NCBI RefSeq assembly: GCF_006345805.1
Contig: NC_043005.1
Location: 9,734,001-9,798,000 of the forward strand
Direction: 5' to 3'
Source of the DNA: Octopus sinensis
Taxonomy: Eukaryota
DNA: 64,000 nucleotides
Positions 26,759-40,483 of this stretch are shown here, piece after piece. A program made the translations under genes and the position numbers. Each line of letters starts with the position of its first letter. Position 1 is the stretch's first letter. A model generated the notes under the pieces. That model was not told the origin of the DNA. It worked only from the letters and a program-made list of their open reading frames with translations, and did not search any database.

Positions 26759-26765
<7 letters not shown>
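26000..26765 (+). repeat. Direct repeats of about 225 bp (26000-26220, 26541-26765) flanking a hammerhead-containing spacer
   Basis: TTGGTTCTGGTGT.CGCTGAATT...CTCCCTCATTA.TTAAATAT occurs twice. Confidence 0.85.
26418..26496 (+). ncRNA. Type I hammerhead ribozyme motif with extended stem II
   Basis: GAAUGCA-CUGAAGA-AGCC...GGCC-GAAACC-GA-GGU-A-UGCAUUU; stem I 7 bp; loop II contains GAAUUAC GUAA GUAAUUC. Confidence 0.75.
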
Positions 26766-26803
<38 letters not shown>

Positions 26804-28114
26804 GTACATATAATTTGTCTGCGGACAAATTACTTGATTGAATGCTGGACGAATATAGATCTACACTAAGATTTAAGCAACTGTTAAATGATATGTCACC
26901 TCATTGTAAAAAACAATTGTTTAATATGAACCTATATGAGTACGTGTGTACTTATATGTGGAGAGCAATCAAAGGAAAATACGTGTGATTTGTTAGTCTC
27001 TGTGTGTATACAATGCTATGTTCTTAAAGCGTGAGGTGTATAAGCCGATGCATCAGACAACATAACAACAGTAATAATAATAATTAAAACATAGTTAAAT
27101 ACCTTTCAACATCATATGCTTGTCACAACTATTGACCTTTATCTGCCTTTTTAAATTGAAACCACGCAAGGTTAATATAGTCTTGTGTCTTCTTGTACAG
27201 TAATATGTGCTACGCTAGTTATGTACTTAACAATTTATTGCTCTATATAATTAATATGTCATTTGAGTTTATCTCAGTAATCCTTTGATTAGCCGTGTGT
27301 ATATACATCTGCAGTAACTTTCATAATGCCTTTTGAAGCTTGATGACAGGTGAACATACAACATACAACGGCAGAAAGACAAACTAGAAATACGCTTTAC
27401 CTTTTACACTTTCTAGTGTAATGCGTCAATATTTCGATTTCAAATAACTCTGGAAAATAATTTGCTCTTCAGCAATGCTGTTGTTGAGCAGTTAAAAGAA
27501 ATCAATTATTATATGTAAATTCCTCATTAATAAATACTTGTAGGTATATATATATATAGAGTTGTCGGCATTGTATGCCACAACGACCTTCTTATCTAAA
27601 CATTATGTATAATATTTGAACAAGTTATTTGAAGTATGTCTTCCAAGAACACTGTGCGACGAATATATTAAAGAATGCTGAGGAGGCAATTAGAAGGAAA
27701 GGAATAAAGAGTATAGCGAACCAGTTTCGGCAAATAATGCTTAGATGTGGGCAGTAAACAAACAAAGAATATAGATTAATTACCAAAATACATTCCATTC
27801 TCATCCCTACTCATCGTGAAGGCACCGCACCTGGCCGCCGCAGTACTTGCATCGTTAGCTACTGCGATTCTCGAAAACCTGTTGGAGAATCCTTCACACT
27901 AATTGCTCGAAGCATAAAGGTGCATTACACTCTAAAATTCCCTAATAATAGGGAAGCGGGATGAGCTACGATCTGGAGAGGTTTTGAGCCCCACAGGGTT
28001 AATAACCACGCTGAAATGGATAGAAAATTTCGTAAGGACGAGATCAATATCAATGGCGATGCGTGAGTTGTTCATTTCTTCTTTAAACGTTCTTTGTGCG
28101 CAAAAGTATGTATA

Positions 28115-28380
28115 TCTCATCATCATCATCATTGTTCGACCGTGGTCGAGACAATGGAATTTACCATGCTACGCCAGACTTCACGGTCCATCATGGCATT
28201 ACGGAGGTCCAGTTGCTGGATGCCTGTATCCCTGGAGATTACATCAGGGTAGGAGAGTGTGCGCCCTCTGGTATTGCGAGTAGATGGCTTCCAGAGGAGA
28301 AGAGTAGAAATTACCTCTTTTTCAGCTATACAACAATGTCCAGCAAACTGGACTCTCCTACCTTTCACAAGAGATGACAC
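28115..28380 (-). pseudogene. RTE-clade LINE 3' end with (GAT)n tail
   Basis: RRVQFAGHC...LLLWKP...GRTLSYPDVISRDTG...LRNAMMDREVWRSMV then stop and a GATGATGAT tail. Confidence 0.8.
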
Positions 28381-28396
28381 AGGTGGTATATCTCAC

Positions 28397-28810
28397 GGCG
28401 AGCTGGCAGAAACGTTAGCGCGCCGGGCGAAATGCTTAGCGGTATTTAGTCTGTCGTTACGTTGTGAGTTCAAATTCCGCAGAGGTCGACTTTGCCTTTC
28501 ATCCTTTCGGGGTCGATAAATTAAGTACCAGTTACGCACTGGGGTCGGTGTAATCGACTTAATACCTATGTCTGTCCTTGTTTGTCCCCTCTATGTTTAG
28601 CCCCTTGTGGGTAATAAAGAAATAGGTATTTCGTCTGCGTTACGTTGTGAGTTCAAATTCCGCCGAGGTTGACTTAGCCTTTCATCCTTTCGTGGTCGAT
28701 AAATTAAGTACCAGTTACGAACTGGGGTCGACGTAATCGACTTAATACCTATGTCTGTCCTTGTTTGTTCCCTCTGTGTTTAGCCCCTTGTGGGTAGTAA
28801 AGAAATAGGT
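28397..28810 (+). mobile_element. SINE family B: one head plus two tandem 183-bp body units
   Basis: GTTGTGAGTTCAAATTCC (B box) at 28461 and 28644; each unit ends GTGGGTA.TAAAGAAATAGGT. Confidence 0.9.
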
Positions 28811-29159
28811 AGTATGAGATCACACCAGTGTGCTTATGTGGGTAAGGCATGCATGAAGTATTGGAATTCCAGACTGGGTGACCAGTTTCAATGCAGTGTC
28901 TGTCAAAAACCACTGCGAATAACGTGGAGGATAGAAGTGGCACTTGAATGTTCATAATCAACGAGCGGAAATGGAGTCAATGCCGAAATGAGATGCTGCG
29001 GTATATGTCATCAGCCCTTCAAACACCTGTTAAGGCTCAAAAGCCATTTAAGATTTCACGGTCGGAAAGATCAGTTATAAATGGGTATAATCATACCCAT
29101 TTATAAGAAGACTACAGGGCTTATTATACACGGGTAAAAGTCCACGATATCAAATGGTG

Positions 29160-29388
29160 TGAGCTGGCAGAAACGTTAGCGCGCCGGGCGAAATGCGTAG
29201 CCGTATTTCGTCTGTCGTTACGTTGTGAGTTCAATTTCCACTGAGGTCGACTTTGCCTTTCATCCTTTCAGGGTCGATAAATTAAGTACCAGTTACGCAC
29301 TGGGGTCGATGTAATCGACTTAATCCCTTTGTCTGTCCTTGTTTGTCCCCTCTATGTTTAGCCCCCTTGTGGGTAGTAAAGAAATATA
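29160..29388 (+). mobile_element. SINE family B monomer with probable TSD
   Basis: GATATCAAATGGTGTGAGCT before and GATATCAAATTGTGTGAGCT after. Confidence 0.9.
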
Positions 29389-30254
29389 GATATCAAATTG
29401 TGTGAGCTCACACATATATTTATCGCTAATGCGCTTTAATCAGTCTGTAACAGACTTAATCTTATCCCATAGGGATAAATCTATAACTCTACTATTCCCT
29501 TATGCAGAACAGAATTTAAAATATTCTTGTTCATTATTCGTATCTCGGTTTTAGCTGGGTTAATGAGTCTATATTTAGGGTTTCTGCTAAAGTTGAGATG
29601 GAATATAGAATCCGTTAATTGAGACTTCCCTTAGTATTTGAAATATTCAACAACTGAATTCATCATTTAAATATGCTACAGTCTTTCTTACTATGTCAAT
29701 ACTGCCTTCCCAAATCGATTGAATTCAGAGAATACTTGACAATATCGCTGGCGAGAACCTTCAGGCGTTCTTTAACTGCATTTATTTTGCATGAATTGGA
29801 AGAAATTGAAAGCGATAGGTTTCACATACGCACAAATCAATGTACAACACATACATACATAATACATACACACAGACATATATATATATGTATATATATA
29901 ATACTCATATATATATATACATATATATGCATACACACACACAAATATATACATATATGTATATATATAATACCCATATATATATATACATATATATGCA
30001 TACACACACACAAATATATACATATATGTATATATGTATATATACACATATATAAATATGCAAATATATGCACACACACATATGCACATGTAAGAATCAA
30101 AATATATGCATATATACATTTACATATATATCGTATATGTCATATCTAAATATTCAAATTTCGATATGTATGTGTGTGCGTGTGCGTGTGTGCGTGCATG
30201 AGTGTGTCTGTATGAGAGTGTGCGTGTGCATATGTGCATGAGTATATATATATA

Positions 30255-30324
<70 letters not shown>

Positions 30325-30371
30325 TTATATATATATGTATATATATATTTATATATATGTATATATATATG

Positions 30372-30406
<35 letters not shown>

Positions 30407-30828
30407 ATGTGTGTGTGTGTAAGTATGTATGTATGTATATACAAACACACACGTACACAGATTCACACACATGTATATATGTGTGTGTCTGAGCGTAGAG
30501 TACGTGTCCGTATGAGTATATACGTGCGTTTATGAGTGCGAGCTTACGTGTATGTTTGTACATTGATTAAATGACCGATTGTCCCAAATTTAGCCGCGCT
30601 CAAATTCGATAATAATGGCCAAAGGGGAAGTTATCTTATGCTAACTGTAATCCAATTCATTGCTCTTTCATCACAGAGGAGGTTTCGGATATGTAAGTGC
30701 AAAGACATTGTAACATTTTGCGAATTACACAGAAACCCCTCAGCTTGTCGCTGTGTGATGCAAGTCATTATGGCACTATTTTCGTTCTACCTAACATTTT
30801 ATCACCATCAGACTGCTGCTGCTTAAAT

Positions 30829-30861
<33 letters not shown>

Positions 30862-30999
30862 TATACACACACATACAAATACACGCACTCACACACACAC
30901 ACACACTCACACACACACACACAAACGTACACATATGTATGTTATCTTATAGCTTTCAACGTTTACCTTTTCATCTGTTTCACTCGTTGAACTGTGACC

Positions 31000-31165
31000 C
31001 ATTTGGAATATCGACTTCAAGGGCTTAGTCGAACAAATCGACACCCGCATGTATTTCATCGGTTCACTCTTGCTGAACTCCTAAGTTACGGGGCGATGAG
31101 GAACAAATAAAGTGGTGATGAGGAACAAATAAACTCACACACACACACATACTCACACACACACA

Positions 31166-31214
<49 letters not shown>

Positions 31215-31385
31215 CACACACATAGTACCTGTAGTTTCTGTCAATTTCCGTCTACCAAATCCCCTTACAAACTGTCGGTGTGACCGGAACTTTAGGATAA
31301 AATCTCTTGCTCAAGATGCTGTGAGACTGGGCCAAAAAGCAACATGTGTGGGAAGCAAGCTTTTTAATTGCACACCAACCAAATC
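31000..31385 (-). mobile_element. SINE family A, highly diverged
   Basis: GTCGAACAAATCGAC, GCTGAACTCCTAAGTTACGGGG, TTTCCGTCTACCAAATCC motifs around a (CA)n tract. Confidence 0.7.
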
Positions 31386-31394
31386 CCGTATATA

Positions 31395-31442
<48 letters not shown>

Positions 31443-31490
31443 CAAAGCAATTAAGATTCAAGTCAATTCCAAGAATTGTTCTTCTTTCTC

Positions 31491-31538
<48 letters not shown>

Positions 31539-32094
31539 GTATGCATATAATGTAATGATATATCTAACTATTGGTAAACCAATCCACACAATCTATGTTA
31601 ATATAAATGCAAGTATATTTAATAGCAACTACTCGTAAATTGGACAATGAATCAAATTAACATCTAAAAAAGGTAAAGGTGAATATACACCACTTTTAAA
31701 GAGCATGCAAGTGATTTAATCCCTCATCCTAAATGCAAATTATTCAGCGCCGTTATTGGATTCTAGGATGTTAGAAGAATGATATCTTGAATTTTGTACG
31801 CTTTCAGTTTTAAGGTATTTGGCAGTTGTATTTGACGATGAGTTTATTTGACTTATGTTTGATCCTATTAAGTATTAGCAACTACATTTAAAAAAGCTAC
31901 TATTAGGAATCCTGAAATCATGTCCATAGAACTATAATAGCTGAGTAATAATTTAGTTTCAATTATTGTAGCAAAATTCATTGCAAATTCACTTAAATTG
32001 ATCTTGTCAGATTTTTATCATTCTATTTTTCGAAATATTTGCTTATCTGCCATCTAGAATTTGCCAAAGAATACATTATCATAAATGACTATTA

Positions 32095-32239
32095 TATTAG
32101 GTTGTCCCAAAAGTTCGTAAACACTTGCGAAAATTGAATTTTTACTCGCCAAGTACTAACAAAAACAACAAAAATTATTCCTCAAAATAAAGACCATTAT
32201 TTTCCAAGACTTTCTACGAACTTTTGGGACAACCTTATA
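32095..32239. mobile_element. Tc1/mariner-type MITE
   Basis: TIRs AGGTTGTCCCAAAAGTTCGTA / TACGAACTTTTGGGACAACCT (21 bp perfect), TA flanks, 145 bp. Confidence 0.85.
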
Positions 32240-32999
32240 ATTACATCATTATACATTCTAGGAAAACTGTAAACTGTGACAAAAATTCTAATTTGGTTTT
32301 AAGAAAAGGAACAAGATCTACTGGTTCGTTCGTTGTATATTATGGCATCCTTCATCAGCACTAAGACATTTGGCGTTTTGATTGATATTCTCGATATAGC
32401 TTGTCCATCATTTTTATCCGAAATTAACTAAGCAGAAACCAAGAAATGTAACAAAAATCATAAAATAATTTTCCATTATATCTTTACTTAATCTCATTTC
32501 CAGGTAGATTTCTTTCGAAGGCCTCAAACAACACTGAAAAGAGTAGGTACTGGGGCACAATCGAAACCTATTTATTTGGGATCAAAAGTGAAACCTATCG
32601 GTTTCACTTGTTCCCGACATTTGCTAGCATGGCATCATGAAACTGGCAGAACCATGTTTAGCTATGAGTTTCCACATACCCTTTTAAAAGCATCTGTGAA
32701 ATAAAAACATGTTATATCCAGGACCTTATTCTGCCCTAAACATTTCCCTGGATCACTTCTACTGCAAAGATCAGGTCAAAAGTGTACCCTTTCATAACGA
32801 AATCCATATTGAATTTCGTGGAGAAAATCGTTAGCGGAGATATGGTTATTGAAGCGATTCTGCAGTATTCTTGCCATGTCTTGGATCATAATCCACAAGA
32901 TGGAAAATAGCTACATGGCTCTCATGTGGCTACCATATGACTGACTGATGTTCTTATACATGGAAATAATAATATTAACTTTGAATTCTTGGGGACAGG

Positions 33000-33760
33000 T
33001 GCTTCCTGACAACAGCAAGAAAATTGCTTAGTTTCTCAGAACGCGTTTCACTACTATAAGAAAATATTTCAATATGTTGAAATTGTACCTGGTGCTTTAC
33101 TGAAGGGCAGAGATGTTACAGCGTTATGGGTTTCAAAACCCTTACAGCTATTAAATCATGAAAATAAATATTTTCACCGAAGACTGAGGTTTAACAAGAT
33201 GCCCACTTTCCTACGAAGATTGTTTGGGGTGTTAAGGCTACATTTGAATTAAATGTCTCAATAAACACGCACAGTTGCACTTACTGGACGCCTGAGAATC
33301 CGTTCATACGGTGGGACAAGAAGAAAATTTTCCAGATTATACAATGTGGTGCCACTTATCATCAATTTGACTAGATTGTACTTTAAGCTGCTGCCACAAT
33401 GTGTCATGTCAAGCCTTCAAGACGACTTTGAAGACCAGAAGTTTTACTTCCTATAAGACGGGCACCCCTCAGTCATAGTTGTGTAAATACATACCTTGGT
33501 GACTTTTTGCCGGGCAGTAGTTTTAGACAAAAAAATATCTTCCGTGTTCAACAGACCTTCAACACTAGATTTTTTTATGATGGTACATAATAGTTTACGA
33601 CACAAACCGGTAACAGGTAACGAATTGAGGGTAGCCGTTGAAGTAGAATGTGCACGAATGCCAAACAAAAGGTTTTTGGCGTTTCTGATTCTATTGTATT
33701 TTGTTGTCAGCGGTAACTAGACCAGGACTGTCATCAGTTTGAAAAGAAGCGTTCAGGCGT
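33000..33760 (+). pseudogene. Degenerate DD37D/maT-like (IS630-Tc1-mariner) transposase
   Basis: WGVKATFELNVSINTHSCTYWTPENP (cf. SDEATF.LNG.VNRHNC.YW..ENP), PDYTMWCHLSS, TLDFF...HKPVTGNELRVAVEVECARMP. Confidence 0.6.
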
Positions 33761-33953
33761 TCAGTTAAAACCTAAATTCTTAAAAAAATACGTTTTAATA
33801 AAGACTGAATTTATAATCATTCTATGAGTAAATGCCGTTTTGGGATATATATAGACACATCCACACACGCATAAACACCCATACACACATACACAAACAT
33901 TAAAACACATACACACACCTATGTATATAATATGTATGTGTGTATGTATGTGC

Positions 33954-33986
<33 letters not shown>

Positions 33987-34465
33987 ATAGAGAGAGAGAG
34001 AGAGATAGATAGATAGATAGATAGATAGATATGATAGATAGATAGATAGATATTATGTATATAATATATATATATATAATAATATATATAAATATATATG
34101 TGAATATATAATAATTAATAGTTATCGCCATACTAATATGGCAGTCTATAAATATAAGACTAAAGCTGTTGCTGATTAGCTCCAAGAGGCCATCGCCTCT
34201 AGCTAGCTATATGACACACGAACCTGCGTCCATTAGAACCTTCAAACAGGGGGGGTCAGCCGCTTCACCTTGCTAGTCAGACATCTGCAGACATGTTTCA
34301 GGGTTGTTACCCTTTATAAATGCAGCGTAGTCAGAACCAGCAGGTGTCGCTACTGACCGTCTGTTCGAAGATTTTATTTACCTAGTTACAGTGGAATACA
34401 TCCACTTGTTTTCAATAATAGAAATATTAAAAGTACTAAGTCTCTCTAAATGAGATTACGGCAAG

Positions 34466-34503
34466 ATATAGATAGATAGATAGATATAGATAGATAGATA
34501 GAT

Positions 34504-34576
<73 letters not shown>

Positions 34577-34577
34577 C

Positions 34578-34644
<67 letters not shown>

Positions 34645-34663
34645 CAGATAGACAGATAGATAA

Positions 34664-34736
<73 letters not shown>

Positions 34737-34766
34737 CAGACAGATAGATAGATAGATAGATAGATA
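34466..34766. repeat. (GATA)n microsatellite
   Basis: About 300 bp of GATA with occasional GACA. Confidence 0.97.
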
Positions 34767-35503
34767 TTCATGTATATAAAGACACCGAGGTATGTATCAC
34801 GAAACTTCACACGGGATCTCTTTAAGCAACTCTTTATTGTTTTTGGTAGATTCTGCTTCCTGCTGTGGTTCTCAACCAATAACACTATTGGAGTTCGGTG
34901 TTCGCCATCCTACATTAGGATGCAGAATTCTTAAACGTAATATATTTTATAGGGCCTGGTCTTTAGCAAGTTAGTAATGTTTGACAAAGCTTATGCAATA
35001 TTAGTAGAAATGGTAGGAGGGATTCACCAATCTCCTTATAGATCATTGAGGTTACAAAACTGTTGAAAAAGGAGTTTAGTCCTTCTGTTCAGCTTTCATA
35101 AGATATACTGAATCTGATGTAATGTTTCATCATCTTCGTTAGCATTAATTCCTGTTCTATGAAATGTGTTATCAGCTGTTACATCCAAAGTATTACATTT
35201 CAAGAACGCATTTCAAATCTTCGTTTTTCTCTAAAAAAATAAATTTTATTTAATTAAATTGTTCACATTTATTCATTTGCACATTCTCAACATATATATA
35301 AATACGCACGCACACACATAAACACACACACGCCCACATACACACACATGTACATATGTATATACATTATATATGCATGTATATATATGTGTGTGTGTGT
35401 ATATGTATACATATATATGTGTGTATATATATATACATATATACATGGATTACATATGGATATATGTATATCCATATATATATATATGTTATGTATATAT
35501 ATA

Positions 35504-35555
<52 letters not shown>

Positions 35556-35607
35556 TGATATACATATAGATATATACAGATATACGTACACATATGCACA
35601 CGCCACC

Positions 35608-35695
<88 letters not shown>

Positions 35696-36222
35696 GTGTG
35701 TGTGTCTGTGTGTATGTATGAGCATTTAAGAAGGGGAGACAATAATGTGTTGTCATTTCTCATACCTTTTCATTCTACTACATTGTTGTTTGTTTTTTTG
35801 TTGTTTTTCTCTCTCTTTCTGTTATACATCACCAGTTTCCATTGTCAGTGGAAACAAAGAAAAGCAATGGCCACCGGCTCAACATTTCGATTTTCAGGAT
35901 TCAGTAAATGGATTTAGTCCTAAACAAAGCACGAAACGGAATGAAAAAAGAGCATGATGAATGAAAACAAAGACGTAACTGTTGCAACAGGATCCGATTT
36001 GGGTTGTTGTTCATCTGCTTTAATTTCCCTTAACAACCATCCACAGCTCTGACCATAATATATATAACAAAACAATTACAAATAGACTGAAATTTTCTTT
36101 CAATTGCTATACAGCTTGAATTGTAATATTTCTTTGAAGGCAATGGGTTATTAATAAGAAACTCACGAACGAAATTACCGTACGGTAGAATTGAGTACTT
36201 AGTTACCTACTGATTTTCTAGA

Positions 36223-36735
36223 GGAGGCGCGATGGCCTAATGGTGACGGCAGTGGACTCGCGGTTTGGAGAATCGCGGTTTCGATTCCCAGATCGAGCGT
36301 TGTGAGTGTTTACCTGTTTCTTTACTTCCCACAAGGGGCTAAACACAGAGGGAACAAACAACGACAGACAAACGGATTAAGTCAATTATATCGACCCCCA
36401 GTGCGTAACTGGTACTTATTTAATCAACCCCGAAAGGATAAAAGGCAAAGTCGACCTCGACGGAATTTGAACTCAGAGCATTTCGCCCGGTTTGCCGCCT
36501 TGGCGTTGTGAGTGTTTATTGAGCGTAAACACCACGAGGCACCGGCAGGGGGTGGTGGTGAACATTGCTCTACTATTTCACCACAACATTCTCTCATTCT
36601 TTCTTCCTGTTTCAGTTGTATCTGTATTTGAAAGGGCCAGCCTTGTCACACTCTGTGTCACGCTGAATCTCTCTGAGAATTACGTTAAGGGTACACGTGT
36701 CTGTGGAGTGCTCAGCCACTTGGACGTTAATAAAT
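36223..36735 (+). mobile_element. SINE family C interrupted by a family B insertion
   Basis: Head 36223-36312 and body from 36503 match the reverse complement of 18331-18718. Confidence 0.85.
36313..36502 (-). mobile_element. SINE family B nested in family C, 16-bp TSD
   Basis: GCGTTGTGAGTGTTTA at 36297-36312 and 36503-36518. Confidence 0.9.
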
Positions 36736-37104
36736 GAGCTGCGACCTCACTGGTGCCAAGATGTATCGGCCTTTACCTTTCCCTTGGATAACACTAGTGG
36801 CATGGAGAGGGGTGGTTTCCATAAATAACCTTGCCCAGACTTGTGCCTCGGAGGGTAACTTTCTAGGTGCAATCCCATGGTCATTCATGACCAAAGGGGA
36901 TCACAACACAAATGATTTTCTAATATAAATAAGACCATGCGTGTATAAGTAGAATTAATAAAAAGAAAGGTAATAATTTGTCACCTCCCTCTCTCTCCTC
37001 CTTCACCCCCTCTCCCTCCTTCTCTTCTCCCTCATTCTCTCGCATTCTGTTCTACAGCCTTGTGTTGTGAGGTAAATGCTCTACTTGTACTCAATATATT
37101 TTGG

Positions 37105-37176
37105 CAGGAACGTTAGCGCGCCGGGCGAAATGCTTAGCGGTATTTCGTCTGTCGTTACGTTCTGAGTTCAAATTCA
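37105..37176 (+). mobile_element. SINE family B head fragment
   Basis: CGTTAGCGCGCCGGGCGAAATGCTTAGCGGTATTTCGTCTG...GAGTTCAAATTC. Confidence 0.85.
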
Positions 37177-37203
37177 GGGCCAGTCGGTTGACTCATCGTA
37201 GAC

Positions 37204-37449
37204 AGTTTTAGAGAGTTACTTCTCTTATATAATAGCGAAAAATGCATTAAAATGGAAAAAAATGATGGTAATTTTTTTTTAAATCGTAGACTCATTGTAG
37301 ACGCGCGCTAATACCCAGAAGGGCTCGATATGAATCACGACTATAAGATACCCAGTTTTGGTTAAACTGCACCGCAAAATGTGGGAGTAGTTAGGAATCT
37401 AAATCGTAGGAGACAGACAGCACACAACCTCACTTTTATATATAAAGAT
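37204..37449 (+). mobile_element. Second, 5'-truncated copy of the Lep1/DINE-like element
   Basis: Matches about 23385-23628. Confidence 0.8.
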
Positions 37450-38269
37450 ATGTACATTTGTTTATACATAAACAAGTATTTGACTAGCTACAGAAAATTT
37501 TTCAAATATTCAAAAATAGTTTTCACCATTGGAGAATGAACGAGTGAAGGAAAGAGACATGAAACTAAAGTACAACTATCCGCTGTATAGTTTGCTTCAC
37601 ACAGACACACACACAGCCACACAAACCAGACATACACACACGTACGCACACTCACACGCCGACACGCATTTATACATTATATACATCTATACACGCTTGC
37701 ACACGTATAAACAAATACACATACGTACATGCTTGCAGACACGTAAACAAATACAGTGAGAGAGAGAAAAAGGAAATCGGAGCTTATGAAGAATTTTAAA
37801 AAATAATTTGGTGTGATATTCCATAAAATTCTAATGCCAGAACTTTATTCTCTAAGGACGCAATGTCATTATATTTCGCAGAAAATGGATAAATGTGGAA
37901 GTACAAGACATTATTGCTTTTCTTGTTTCACTCTGTGCTTACACTAAATTAATACTCTTTCGGTGGGCATCAGCACACTTCTGCAAATGGCCTCTATGAA
38001 GAGAAGGTCTTGCCAAGTTCGAAATCAGCGAGATCGCGCCTATCACTGAAGAGAGAAAATTAAGCCGAAAGAGCAAGCTTGATAGTCTGCAGATGTGGGT
38101 CACAGCACGTTGTGTTTTGGCATACAGATCTTACGGAGAGAATTTTTTTTTTTCTCTGAGAAAGAATACACTAGAAATGATATTAACGTTTTTGTTTGCA
38201 GGCAAGAACATCTTCAAAAGATATGCGCAAAGTACAATCATCGTACATATTCACGCGCCCCACCATATT

Positions 38270-38309
<40 letters not shown>

Positions 38310-39218
38310 AATATATTATATATATATGTGTGGTGTGTGTGTGGTGTGTGTGTGTGTTAGTGTGTATGAGTGTGGTGTGTGTGTGTGTGCGTGTGCGTAT
38401 ATGTATGTATATATATATATAATATATGTATATATATATGATATGCATATATATGTATATGTATATGTTTATGTATATATTATATGGCACGTGTGTGTAT
38501 GTGTCATGTATGTATATGTAAGTATATCTATATGTGTATGTATGTATTTGTGTATGTGTGCATGTGCGTGAACATTAAGCAGAAAGAATGAACAAGCAAA
38601 CAATTGATATCAGTTTAGAGCGTGGAATTTATGTATTTAAACATAAATGCTGAGTTATTTAGAAGTTGGCAGTCCGACTTCTTCGACGATAGAAGCGTTT
38701 AATTACTAAAATTGTCGTCTAAGGATCTAGCTCAATATTTTTCCCTCCGAAGATACCATAATCTGCTACTAAACAGAAAGCTTAACTTCTTTCGCTGAGA
38801 AAAGCACCATATGCGAATCTCTTCTTGGAACAGCTGTAAAGATTATGTGCACACTTTCTTACTCCCTTATTTCTATGATAGACTTTGTTCTAACGACTCA
38901 GCTGTAACAACTCAGCAATTATGTTTAAACATATACATTCTATTCTCTAAACATTTACCAATTCATTGACCGTGTATCTCTCTTCCTACTGTATATGTAC
39001 CCGCTCAATAATAAATCTCTTATAACCATTCATTGCTAGGCAGTTACAACAGAACTTATTGTTTTAGTCGCAATTCAAATCGGTGCGAACTATATAATAT
39101 CACTGATAAAAGTTGAGTTCATACCGGTTTTGACTGCTATTTCTAAACATATAAGGGTTTTGAGACCCGTTTAGTCATAATTGTGACTTGTTCATAATTG
39201 TAAACATTCTTCTGCTGC

Positions 39219-39271
<53 letters not shown>

Positions 39272-39304
39272 TGTGTGTGTACATGCAAACATATCATGTG
39301 AATT

Positions 39305-39660
39305 GAATAGGCGTGGTTGTGGCGTAAGTTTCATCTCAATCACATGTTCCGGGGTCAGTGCTATTGAATAGCAGTTTTAGCAAGAGTCCTCAAATCTAGT
39401 CCCAGCCTACTCACTGCTCTGTGAGTGAATTTCGTAGACTGAAACGGAAAAGAACCCGTCGTATATACATTTCTGTGTTAGAGTTTGACCCCGAATCCCT
39501 ACAACAACTTGACAACCGCTGTTGTTTTGTCTACATCCTCGTAACTCTAACAGTTCGGCAAAAGAGACTGTCAAAATAAATACCAAGTGTCGATTAGTTC
39601 GATTAAAAACGCATCAAGGCACTGAACCAGCATGGCTGAAGTCCAACGAGCGAAATCGGT
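39305..39660 (+). mobile_element. SINE family A-related, old subfamily
   Basis: GTGAGTGAATTTCGTAGACTGAAAC..AAGAACCCGTCGTAT, CTTGACAACCG, GTTCGGCAAAAGAGAC motifs in family A order. Confidence 0.65.
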
Positions 39661-39694
39661 AGTAGTAGCAGCAGCAGGAGTGGTGGTAGTTGTA

Positions 39695-39733
<39 letters not shown>

Positions 39734-39747
39734 CAGCAGCAGCAGGA

Positions 39748-39792
<45 letters not shown>

Positions 39793-39827
39793 TAGTAGTA
39801 GTAGTAGTAGTAGTAGCAGCAGCAGGA

Positions 39828-39864
<37 letters not shown>

Positions 39865-39965
39865 CAGCAGCAGCAGGAGTGGTGGTAGTTGTAGTAGTAG
39901 TAGTAGTAGTAATAGTAGTAGTAGCAGTGGCAGCAGCAGCAGTAGGAGTGGTAGTGGTGGTAGTT

Positions 39966-40008
<43 letters not shown>

Positions 40009-40020
40009 CAGCAATGATAA
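39655..40020. repeat. Compound (TAG)n microsatellite with recurrent GCAGCAGCAGGAGTGGTGG blocks
   Basis: Direct reading; source of the spurious poly-T/Y/L/S ORFs. Confidence 0.95.
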
Positions 40021-40334
40021 TAGTAGTGGGGCATCATAAGCATACGTTGAAAGGAATTCTTTGGTGTTTGAAACATGGGTGTTCCGTTCAACATCCTTAA
40101 ACAACACTCATTCTGGGACCTTTTGATCGTGATGGGCTACTCGACCTGATAAAAATTCTAACTGGGCCCCACCTGCCAGGTCATGGGCTGTTAATCTTGA
40201 TATGAGATCATCATGTCGTGCACACATGGTTGTGCCTGGTGTACTCTTATCAGACGGGTAGTCATGTCGGGTATGCTGGGCTTCGTTTACTTTAAGCCAG
40301 TAGCACTTTGATGGCATGCACTGCTCTCTCACTC
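40020..40334 (+). mobile_element. 5'-truncated copy of the (AAT)n-associated non-coding retroelement
   Basis: Reverse complement of about 44444-44790; ends CTGCTCTCTCACTC next to (AAT)n. Confidence 0.8.
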
Positions 40335-40345
40335 AACAACACAAC

Positions 40346-40483
<138 letters not shown>

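Noticed and set aside
28815-29140. Possible GIY-YIG fragment (FDRHCIETGHPVWN)
   Set aside because: Single short motif with no upstream YIG found; too weak to call
37980-38140. Possible Tc1 transposase HTH relic
   Set aside because: Similarity rests on a few residues across frameshifts
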